From Antedon mediterranea (lineage: Eukaryota; Animalia; Echinodermata), in assembly GCF_964355755.1 (NCBI RefSeq), contig NC_092677.1:12360101-12424100 (forward strand): a stretch of 64,000 nucleotides of DNA, given 5' to 3'. The notes below the pieces were generated by a model that was not told where the DNA came from, made no database searches, and saw only the letters and a list, made by a program, of their open reading frames with translations. Every line of letters begins with the position of its first letter. Position 1 is the first letter of the stretch. This document shows, piece by piece, positions 49,771 through 61,470 of the stretch. Both the position numbers and the translations under genes were made by a program.

Positions 49771-52700
49771 AGTTACAAACTTATAATTCTTTCGGCATCA
49801 AGAATAACATAACGCCGTACGTGTGAACATCTTGGTATTTTACTGGATTACCTTACGACTTTTGTAAACCACGCAACATGTGTGAACGTTCACCATACCT
49901 ATAAGAATTATGGATGTATTAATCGCGTTAATTACGCCGCACTGTCGTCATTCTGTCTGGCCAATATTTTCCTTCTGATAGCCCTAAACCCATCCCATCC
50001 CAAACCCGGAATTGTTCTTTATTTTCATTGTGCTATATTCAGACATGCCTGACATAATATCAGATATTTAAAAGGAAGCCGGATACAATAACAACAAATC
50101 GTGCGTATTCATTGTGTTAATATTTGCCATATCATCATGGACAGGCAATTGTTGGTGTTTGCTCAAGTGCTCAATGAGTTTTCAAAACAAGAACCGTAAC
50201 GGACCATTCAAATTCAAGCCAGTCGATTTAAATGCACGGATACCGAGGACGGGTACTTATTTACGCCAGCTTTCATCACAAATCATTGTGATTTTTAAGA
50301 ATCATTTAATTTTATTGGGGATTATAATCAGCTATAGAATTTACCAAGAAACAGATTAATGGATATCATGGCTAAAACTGGGAATGGAAAGTACAGTACT
50401 CTACAAACGAATCTGTGAAACGATTGTGAAAATCTAAGTTTAATTATCGGCCAAGTTATTAAAATTATCTAAGTTATTAAATTAACCAGCAGTTACCGTA
50501 TGATACTAAAATGCCAATATAAAGAGCGAACGTGGTTCCCATTGGATGCAGCGTCAATGACGTAGGCGCAGCGCATATCAGTTGACCAATCCAAACGACT
50601 TCGGATGATCCATCGTTTCGTGATTGGTCGAATTATTGCGCTACGTACTTGCGTTGCGTGCACATGGGAACGAAGCTTATAATAACTTGCCATAAAGAGA
50701 TTTCACTGATTATAGTAGACCTAATGTTTCAATATTCAATATACGTCGTTTAAGAATCAAAGTTGCTTGGCGGACTCGAACCCAGATCACTAGTCTTGAG
50801 TCATGAAAAGTAACACGTTACGGTACAATAGCGTGAATAAAAAGAGGCCTAATCTTTGGGAAAAAAAGCCTTCTAATTTATCAGATCCTATTGTACGATT
50901 GTAATTTAATGTATGTTTGGAAAGCAGACAGCAATTCGTGACCTTTGACTTCACGACTTTTACCGTCTGATTATTAAACGAACAACAGATTCCAATCGGC
51001 GATTCTGAATTATCGGCTGATGAATCATCTGCTTAGAGGTACTGTGGTAATTACGTAATGTTACTTGATCAATCTCTTCTTGCGGTACCGATATTCTAAT
51101 AATTATTGGCTTGCTTTAAAATTCTTCACGTCATTAAATTAATGATCAATTATCCACTTAGCTGTCAAACACGCTAATTGAATTGGATATAACAGATGCT
51201 ATATAACCGGCCGTCGTCAGTGCTATACATATAATTAACTGGTTGAACCATTGAGGTACACCGTTGTTAAATATTCAAAGATTGATGTGGTATAATGAGA
51301 CAGCTAATATCGATTCCATTGCAAACAGTAAAGACAATTAAATCATTTATTTTCAGCCAAAAATTCTCGATAAAAAAATCAAAAAGCTAATCTTAAGCCA
51401 AAAAAATATATTTAAGGTACGGTAAGCTCGTTGACAATTAATACGACGCAACATTATTTTTACAAGCGGTGATGAAGTGCGATTTGTACGCACGCGTGGT
51501 GTAAACGCTAGAGAAAAAACTTATACCAAAATGGCGTGGAATTGTCCTTAGGGGAAATTCCCTCCTTCTTTTTACTTGGTATGTTCTTTGAAGCGCGTGG
51601 TTGTGTGTGGTTGTTTTCTGAAATTATATTTGTTTAGAATTTATTTTGCAAAGGGTTTTATATTTATGGTGTCTATGTAATATAATAAATGTTTTGGTTT
51701 TACTTCCTTCACTTGTGGTTAAGGTATATTGAGCATTACGATATAAATCATGATTATTTATAATTGTGTAAATAAGAGAAATTACATTTTTTCTGTATAT
51801 AGCATGCAATGTTTTTTTTTTCAATTAGTTTCATTTTAATCAAAAGTTCTGACGGGATTATCCAACTTTCCACTTATATATTGATTCCCACTTGGACGCA
51901 GCACAAAGACGTACGGTATGCACGCTGCATTTTGCCAGTCACAACGTGACTGATCATAATAACTTATATTCGAAGTAAACGTTTTGCACCTATATCGTTG
52001 CGTTAAGTGTACGAACCAAGCTTAATGGCCTATGAGAATGCGTGTCACTGAAAACAGAATCAGTTGCAACACATAAGTTATGTCATTGGTATCATATGAA
52101 TATATAGTTTTTTATATTAGGGAGCTTTCGATTTAAGAAGACGTACCTTATGATCTACGTATTTACCCGGAGACTCGACACCCTACCAACAATGTGCCGA
52201 GGAATGTCCACGCGTGCGCACGATGACTTACAATGACGTAAGGTAGATCGTGTCACAAATCAAAAGCTCCCTATTAAATATTATCTTATTTGAATGTTAC
52301 ACCTGGTATTTTTAATTGGATTGAAAATAATTGTATATAGTTTAAGGAGATTATTTACATAAATATTTTAATAATAATAATATTTGCAATAACATGCTTT
52401 CATCCATGATTGTTCATAAACACTTTTTTTTATTAAGATGAATTTAAATTTAAATAGGATGCGTTATTGTTATTTAATCTTGCTATTGTTTGAACAGCAT
52501 TTTTTAAACATTGTTTTAATTTCTCACAGATTTAAAAGCACAAAGAGAATTTTTTTTTTCATTTAAATGTTTTCTCTATTTAATGTTGTTTTTCATTTGA
52601 GTTATAGCTCAAGTGAACCTGGATAAAAATGGGTTACATTAATGTAGTCGAGACATTCTCACGTAGATCATTAGTGTCTTAAAGAGGAATGTTCTATATT

Positions 52701-55470
52701 TAAACTTCCTATTGTTTTATGTAAAATGTTATATAGACATCATCTGGACATCTATATTTAAAACAATTTTTATTCCATATTAGACTACTGTATTTGTTAA
52801 AAAAAACTGAAGACCTTCTTTAAAATAAATACTTGGCCTACTATATATTTGAAATAATAGATAGTCCAAATGCAGAATTCTCCTTTAATGTTGTCGAGAC
52901 TGTCACGTAAAACACGTACTATTAATGTGTCGTTATCTTAAAGTATATGATAGTCTGCTTGTTCGCTAATTGTCTGCTTACAGATACATGGTCCGCATAG
53001 AACCGTATCCGAGTAGAGCAACGAGTATCTTTACATTTATCATTTCAATTGTTTATATTACATATTTTTCTTCCACTTGACTTTGTTTGGTATTGGCAGA
53101 TGTTCACGTTGTAATTTACATTCGCGCCAAAATCTCCCGCGTAAATTAAACATTAATGTAATGTTCGCGCTTTATAACAAATAGCGGTTGTAAATAATTA
53201 TGCGCGCTATTTACATGAATGTTTATTTACGCGGGAAATTTTGGAATAATCGCGAATAAATCAGAAAATGCTATTTTCTAGTTATATTGCGTAGATTGTT
53301 ATTTCTGATTTGGCTTTAATGGTATATAATTAGCCTGCGTAATAATATTAATAAATTAATGTATGCGCAATAGTACGGTGTATATTTCAAATTTACATCT
53401 TATTGTTAGCCTGCTTTGCAGCTGAAATTTGTATTTTTAATTCAACGTAGGCCGGTAGTGGTCTGGGACTATAGGAGTTTGGTTTTTTTTTATGCACTTA
53501 GTCTCTCTAATATAAATGGTGCAATCACTAGAAATATATATATTAGAGTCATACCTGGTCAAATGTCATATAGTTTTGATACCCAATTTGTAAATAAAAG
53601 AAAACTCACTAAACGCTCTCTTTGTTTTGTTTATAAGAACATAAAAAAAAAATGATTTTCACGTCACCTTCTAAGTTAGTACATGGGATTTACGGGCTAC
53701 ATTATAATAATTATATAATAAAAATTGAATTATAATTAGGCCTATAGGGAACAACTCCACATACATCGGTTAGGCAACCCAGTCTTTACCTGCAATTCAT
53801 TAAAACGATGCATGCTTTAGATTGATTGGTTGAGAGCTCATTGACTCATTACGTGTTACCGATATATTTCATTTCACATCGTGGTACATTAGCAGAGGTG
53901 AACCAGTTCGGTCGGGGACTTTATTTACATATCAAGAGATGATTTAATATGATTTAATATGCAGCAAATGGTGTACAGACAGTTTACAGTATATCATTAC
54001 CTAATTAAAATGCATAAGGCATAATCGAGTGAGGGCTCAATCATGTTTTGACATAATAAATTAAAATCAATATATTAAAGAAAATAATGACTTTCGCGTT
54101 TTAATTATAATCAACTTTCAATTTTTAAAAATGAAAAAAATCACAAGATAGAAGACAAAATAGGCTAATACCTTCTGTGATGCAAAGGAACATTTATGAA
54201 ACTATATATATATCACAATTAGTTTAGTATTGTTATAATTGAGTTGTCTTTTTTATGAAATTATAATTTCAGAAATACGTCTAATTTAAACATTTATCAT
54301 CATTACATAGGCATTTATGAAAGAATCATAGTGATGAAGATATTGGACACAAAATGGCCTTCATATCAGAATCAGTGACATATACTGCCCTCAATCATCT
54401 TCATTAAGTTTTCTGCTGCATGCTGGTTACATGTGGACTCTAGGCGGCTTATTCATTTTTTTAGTTCGTACTGCTAAGGAGAACGGTTCTGTTAAGTCAT
54501 ACATTGTTTCATATAAATCAGGAATGGGTATTCATCCCAGATGGCTAGAAGAGAAGTAAAAAAAGTGAGTTTTAATTTATTTATAATAATATTTTGATTT
54601 AGGATATTTGCAAAATACAGGAGAGGCTCACAGCTGGGCGTTAAGATACATTATTATTATTTAGGCCCTACTATCTAATACTAGGCCTATACCGTACCAC
54701 CAAACTGGCTCAGACACAACAACAGGGGGATAGGGGAAGACTAGCACTACTAGTACTACTGTATAATTGATATAGCCCACCTAAGGCCTATAAATATATT
54801 TTCAATTGCAAACAAAAGACCTATTTTTTATATTGCAGGTTAGTAACAGTAGGCTATATTTACAGTATTATTATTTATGATAAATGATAGTATTGATTCT
54901 GTCTCTCTGAAATAAAACAAATCCCAAAGTATGTTTTATCATATCAAACTGATTATATTAACTTTTAGTTAATGATGTACTGTATATGTTAAAGAAAATA
55001 AATGTTTATCTTAAAATTAAACTTGATGTTGTTTTCTTTTTGTTTTTAAAAAGTTCTACATTTTTTATTCATAACATAAAATTGGGCATTTTTTATCAAG
55101 TAGCCTAACGACGATGCCCTTTTGTAATCATGATTAAAACTACATGATAAATTATATCTGGAAATGGTAATCACAATCTATGTAGTATCTCTACTCCTGA
55201 TTGTCTGTCTTATTAAAATTATTCAGTGAATAAGAATGTATATTCTTCTGTGGCAATTTCGTCTTTAATTACAGCAACGTAAAGGTCAAATTGTAGATAA
55301 CATCGGAAATATTAATATTGGTTTGTATACATTTTGTTATTGCAGTTGTAGTAATACAAATCTGTGCTTACTTGAAAGGCTAACATGTTTTACAGAATGC
55401 TTGATGAAAAAAAGAAGAAATATAAATAAAAAGTACTTAAATACATTAATAAAGATATATATTATCATAC

Positions 55471-55511
55471 TAGCACTGATGAAGGGCTAGTGTTGCCCGA
55501 AAGCTCTGCTA
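55471..55511 (+). ncRNA. Minimal type I hammerhead ribozyme (Penelope-like element type)
   Basis: TAGCA-CTGATGA-A-GGGC-tagtgtt-GCCC-GAAA-GC-TC-TGCTA: stem I TAGCA/TGCTA, stem II GGGC/GCCC, palindromic AGCT stem III, predicted cleavage after C55506. Confidence 0.8.
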
Positions 55512-55630
55512 ACTTTTCTGGCTGTTTACTTTATCGTTTTGATTTAGCTTTTTGCTTTTTTTATTTTTTATCTCCATTGAGATCCAGCCACTGATACCCA
55601 CAGCATTGTTATTTTTTTCAGTAATTTGCC
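55471..55630 (+). mobile_element. Hammerhead-containing repeat (putative Penelope-like pseudo-LTR fragment), copy 2
   Basis: About 160 bp closely similar to 24153-24303. Confidence 0.7.
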
Positions 55631-56070
55631 TTTGGAATTATTATTTTTATTGTTACAAAATGTATTTAACGTAGTTAAATGTGTATTTTAAATCCATCCA
55701 GCTATCTGTCAGTATCATGTGGGGAAAAAAATTATTATGAGTAATACACATAAGGTGAGGGAATATTTTATAAATAGGGGTCACTTATAGTTGACTCAGA
55801 TATCAGCCCTGAAGCTCAAGCTCCTGACGACAAATCGTTTGGGTTGTTATTAATATTATGGAGTCACATGATTTAAAATTGAAGGAGAAACTAACGTAGG
55901 TCATACAAAGTAAATATAGTTTATCTTATGTAACAGAAGTATAGATGAGTGGCATTGAGCTCCAGTTTTAATCAGTTTTACCCTAAAAAATAATTGATAA
56001 TTTCACTTAGTTTTCTGATAGAGAAGTGTTGAGAAAGTAATTGTCCAAGAAGTATTGAGTTTGAGTTTTT

Positions 56071-56331
56071 CCTACTGTTCTTATTATCAAATAGATAAAA
56101 ATGATTATTCCTGGAAAAGAAATATTGTGTTTTACCAAGCTCATAACGAGTTGAGAAGGAGACATTTTACTAAATATACCTACTGTTCTTCAAATAGGTA
56201 AAATAATTATTCATGGAAAAGAAATATTGTGTTTTACCTAGCTCACAACGAGTTGAGAAGGAGACATTTTACTAAATATACCTACTGTTCTTCAAATAGG
56301 TAAAATAATTATTCATGGAAAAGAAATATTG
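56071..56331. repeat. ~105-bp tandem repeat, ~2.5 copies
   Basis: CCTACTGTTCTT at 56071, 56179 and 56281, with shared GGAAAAGAAATATTG. Confidence 0.85.
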
Positions 56332-57409
56332 AGCTTGAGTTTTACCTTACTTACAGAGAGCTGAGACATTAAAATTAATAAATACAGTACACGTAATGGG
56401 TCACCTGGTCTTTCAATGTACTATGACAACAAACTGTGATGTGCTACCATATTTGGGCATATCACTACCATATTTGGGTATATCATAGTGTAGACAGAGC
56501 TTTATTAGAGCATATTTAGGAAATCATACATTTCTTGTTTAAATTATTAATTTCCATTATTGAAATTTTAAATCTATTTGAAATTGCACTCTGATGCTAG
56601 ATGACAGACATAAGACTTCACAGCTTGTACATCGGACAAATGTGACAGCACTAATCAAATTATTAGACGTTGCTTTTCTGCTAAAGTGACATGAGCAGTG
56701 GAAAAACAACGAGGGATTTTGAAACATAATTAAGCCACAGACATCCCCATCCATTATCTATGCCATAATGTTGTCGTAAAACTTTATCATCTCTCTCGGT
56801 TCACATTACAGAGATTACGTTTCTGGATAGATGCGGATTGATTTTTTGTTGAAACATAAAAGTGTTTCCAAATAAAGACCAATATTACTGTAATTTCTGT
56901 AATTATTAGATTTTTCTTAATATAATAATTGCGATTTAGCAATTTAATTATGTAGTATAGTTAGACTATGATGATATACTGTACTGTGGGATACAGTTAA
57001 ATGTAATTATGTATGATTGTAAAGCAAGTAGACTGGATAATGAGATGAGAGATCGTCTAATGGAATTCAATTAGTACACAACTTGACAGTTTACAGTACA
57101 TATGGAAAATGCAATAACTCTTATTGATATTTACCTACAGTACTTAAAAACCATACTTATGTATAATTTGGAAATCATAACTCAATGATTAATTTATCAT
57201 GTTTTATTGTTTTTCATTAGAATTATGTGTAAAATGCGTTCTCTTTCATAATTATACATATCATGTTTTTATGCATTTTTATGTGTTTTATACTAAGTTT
57301 GTTTTTTTATTGAACCTTTAAATTTTGATGAGAATTAGTTCACTTTGTTGTTCATTAGTAATGTTATGTTATCTTGGTTGCTTTATTGTTAATTGATTGA
57401 TTTTATTAT

Positions 57410-57758
57410 TGATTGGTTATTGATTAGTTATTAGTTGGTTATTGATTAGTTATTAGTTGGTTATTGATTAGTTATTAGTTGGTTATTGATTAGTTATAAG
57501 TTGGTTATTGATTAGTTATTAGTTGGTTATTGATTAGTTATTAGTTGGTTATTGATTAGTTATTAGTTGGTTATTGATTAGTTATTAGTTGGTTATTGAT
57601 TAGTTATAAGTTGGTTATTGATTAGTTATTAGTTGGTTATTGATTAGTTATTAGTTGGTTATTTATTAGTTATTAGTTGGTTATTGATTAGTTATTAGTT
57701 GGTTATTGATTAGTTATTAGTTGGTTATTGATTAGTTATTAGTTGGTTATTGATTAGT
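57410..57758. repeat. 22-bp minisatellite, left part
   Basis: Unit TGATTAGTTATTAGTTGGTTAT, ~15 copies. Confidence 0.95.
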
Positions 57759-58824
57759 CAGGCCCGTAGCCAGGGGGGGTTTTATGGTTCGGGCAAACCC
57801 CCCCCTTTACAGCGAACCCCCCTTAACCGACTGCGAACCCCCATCCCCGACATGCCCAATACCTCACCCTCATCTCCGAAAATCGTCCAAATATGTGCCC
57901 CACAGTACAAAAAGTTGTTCGTAAATTAAAAAATTCGTAAACTCGTTCGGATTAACTCATACAGTACCTTCTTCCCTGTATGAGCGAACTTCGAGCGATA
58001 TAGTCTGTAAAGAGTTGCAAATGAATTGCCGATTTTAACCTGAAAAATAAATGTTTGGTCCCTGCATGTAACATGATATTGACGCGTCTCACAGCGAGCT
58101 GAAGGACGAACGATTCGTACAAAGGACACCGCCAGACAACTGCGTACCAATTGTTTAGATCACTGGCAGTCAGGCAGCATGCATAAGTATATAGCCTTCC
58201 GACGTACATCAGTATTTATGTGTGGCTATGAAGTATAATGTATCATAGAGGATTATAGTGAATATTAATATTTTACACTATAATATCTATGGTATCATGT
58301 ACTGTAGTTCACATTATGGCATCCGATTATTTTTTTCTAGACCACCAGCCGATACGTACTCAAATGTATCAATATCACCTATTTACATTGGCATATTTAA
58401 TTTCCTCAACAAATTGCTGTAAATAAATATTATAGATAGAGCTATAATAAGAATTGCATTTGCCTTCACCCAGTGTGCTTTTTTCGGGGCTTCTCCTAGA
58501 CGTACGTTCGCATTGAACTTGAACGCAAAACAAAATATCGAGTTAATGATCAAACGATCGGCGGTTCCGCACAGAGCACGCGCATCTAACATACGGCAAC
58601 AAATGTTATCGTTTAAATAGTCCACGAGTCCAAGTACAATCGTTTTGCTCATTGGTAGCATGCTGCATGAGAGTGTCTTTTCCGGCCATCTAGGAGTGTC
58701 ATTTAACAAAATTTGCTTCGCCTCAGGCCCCACCCAAGGGGGGAGGGGGATAAGTATGGGGATGGGGGTGACCCAAATACTTAGTGTGCAAACCCCCCCT
58801 TGACAGATCCTGGCTACGGCCCTG
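57759..58824. mobile_element. Non-autonomous hAT-like element with a 5-bp TSD, inserted in a minisatellite
   Basis: TIRs CAGGCCCGTAGCCAGG and CCTGGCTACGGCCCTG, TTAGT duplicated on both sides, subterminal GC(A/G)AACCCCC repeats. Confidence 0.8.
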
Positions 58825-59109
58825 TTAGTTATTAGTTGGTTATTGATTAGTTATAAGTTGGTTATTGATTAGTTATTAGTTGGTTATTGATTAGTTATTA
58901 GTTGGTTATTGATTAGTTATTAGTTGGTTATTGATTAGTTATTAGTTGGTTATTGATTAGTTATAAGTTGGTTATTGATTAGTTATTAGTTGGTTATTGA
59001 TTAGTTATTAGTTGGTTATTGATTAGTTATTAGTTGGTTATTGATTAGTTATTAGTTGGTTATTGATTAGTTATTAGTTGGTTATTGATTAGTTATTAGT
59101 TGGTTATTG
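58825..59109. repeat. 22-bp minisatellite, right part
   Basis: The same unit continues in register after the insertion, ~13 copies. Confidence 0.95.
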
Positions 59110-61264
59110 TAATGACCAGTTAATGATCAGTGAATTTTGATAATTAGATTTATTTGATTCATGTTTTTACAACCAGGATTTAATTAAGATGGGAAACTGT
59201 CAACTATGAATATTATTATCTGTTAATACAACATTTCAGTAATCCTAAATTCTAATTTCAACAACTTAATTTTGAGTAAATTTTGCATTTGTCAGCAATC
59301 TTATTAAAAATACAATTTTACAGAAATTAAAATGATGAATTTCTGTTAAAATTGATATTTGTGTGAATTTTCAGTAATTTGATATAATGTTAAAAAATAT
59401 GACTATATGACTCATACAAATTGTAATAAAAATGATGGGAGCACTTAAACCTTTTTACATTGAGCCACTTTGACACCTTTTTCACATATTTTATGATGCC
59501 TTTTCATGAAACTATTTGAATTTTGTTCATTCATAAATTATTGACCTGGTTTTCATCCACCGGGAATAGTTTTTATAACGGATACGGGAACGGCATGCAG
59601 GTGAAATCTTTTCAGTTTCTCTTCGCAGCGTGTCGCAGAAAGTCAACCTTATTATGTCGGTGAATTGTCAGAATAATTTTACAATGACAATTTGACGTAA
59701 TTGTGTTTTGTTTTCATATTTGTTGCCGTGGTTATATTCTATAATATTACACAAACGAAGGTAATTTATTTTTTATGTTGAAATTGTATGTGCAGATTTT
59801 GTTCTTTGTCGCGTTCCTCCCGTAAGGGCGTTTACTGATGCCGATAGAAACGATGACAGGTTTTAAACAGGTATTGATGAAATGTATAGTAAACCATTGC
59901 ATTTTTCCTTTCTTGATTTAACTGTAAGACGTTAAGACTAGGCTCATCATATGTGTGTAGGTTTTAAGCTCTCTCTACACCATCAAACTAGTTTAACAAA
60001 AAAAGTGTGTTACATAAAGTTTGATAGAGAGTTTTACAGTAGATTTACTATTTTCATGATGTATGTGTAGGCCTACAGTATGTATAGCAAAAATATGTAT
60101 AATAGCAAAAAAAACATACCGGTACACACTCATGCTTTTTCTCCACAGTATAGCTTTGTCTACACTATCGAAAGTAGTTTGACAAAAGTAGTGTGACGTG
60201 GCCAAATATGGTACTAATATGACATCATCATGTCAATATATGAACACATCAAATTTTTTTCGAATTAAAGTTTGATAATGTAGACAGTGCTTAATAATAA
60301 TCTGTACTATATAAAATTCAATTGATTGACATAGTAAAATATAGTAATAAAATAAAGTTATTACCATCTGTGTTTATTTATCAGTCTTTTTGTCTGCCTC
60401 CAAGGATTCTTGTCTTTTTCATTTCCACATTGTTAATCCTGGTTTAAAAGATAGTGACTGTAATCATTTTAGTATCTTATAATTCTGTGTCCAATATGTA
60501 GTTTTATGCAATGATATTTAAGGAGCTCTGGGTTCAGATTGTATAGTTTTTTAAAATATATAAATATAAATAAATAATTGTATTATTATTATACAGTACT
60601 GTATAACCACCACCTTTGGTACAGTACATCTCCCTATTGAGGAGAAATGACTTTCCTATAAAATGAATGTGGAAAATATTTAATGCTATAGCCATCCCCA
60701 ATTCAGAGGGAACCCCTATTGAGGGGATACTTTTATGAGAGAAATATTTTAATACTAGCTGCCAACTGCAATTCAGGGGGCCAACCTCTATTAAGAGGAC
60801 AATTTACTGATTTACAAACAATTTACAAAATTGATTTACTTTGCTAGATTGTTTGCATGCATGTGAAGATGGTGGTTACGCTTCATTGCTTCGTATACTA
60901 CTACATGACATGAAATAATAAAGGAGTGTACAGTTGCTATTTGTCCAAAGTCATCAACATTTGTTTACAATAGGTATAATCTTTGCCTATGTTTCCTCAC
61001 AGGAAGTGCTTCAAAATAATTTGGTGACATACTTACATTGCTGCTCTTGTGACTAATAGGTAGTGACAAGTATAAAGTGACAAGTATTGCTATGTGTTTA
61101 TCTTTTAATTATATTTTACACGTAACAAGCATTGTTATACCTGATCATTTATTATACAAAATACTTCTGAGCGAGTACATGATTTTATTTTTTTACCAAT
61201 TATGGCACTTTATACAAAATGGTGGATTGATTTTGAGGTAAGCTTCATTTTATAATGTCATTTA

Positions 61265-61470
61265 TCTATCAGATAGGTGGTAATATCCCTGTGACCAGTT
61301 CATCAGGATAATCCCCAACTCGTCTTGGTTATAATGTGTACACTGAACATACGGTCTAAGTCCTTATTTGAGAAACCTTGTTCCACCACCAGAACTAAGA
61401 GCGAGTCGGCCTTAAACCCATTCCGATATTGTTGGCTCTTTACAGGTAGGTATGGTAAATGGCACCCCAT
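61265..61470 (-). mobile_element. Internally deleted copy of the SINE at 17845-18136
   Basis: Shared blocks CTATCAGATAGGTGGTAAT and TTGTTCCACCACCAGAACTA.GAGCGAGTCGGCCT. Confidence 0.65.

Noticed and set aside
58383-58733. 116-aa ORF inside the hAT-like element as a transposase
   Set aside because: No recognisable BED, DDE or dimerisation motif, and the element is only 1.07 kb.
59560-61060. Possible spliced non-coding or 5' UTR exons (donor-like AAG|GTAATT at 59760, short AG...GT blocks near 60848-61058)
   Set aside because: No ORF, and splice-like motifs alone are not enough without transcript data.
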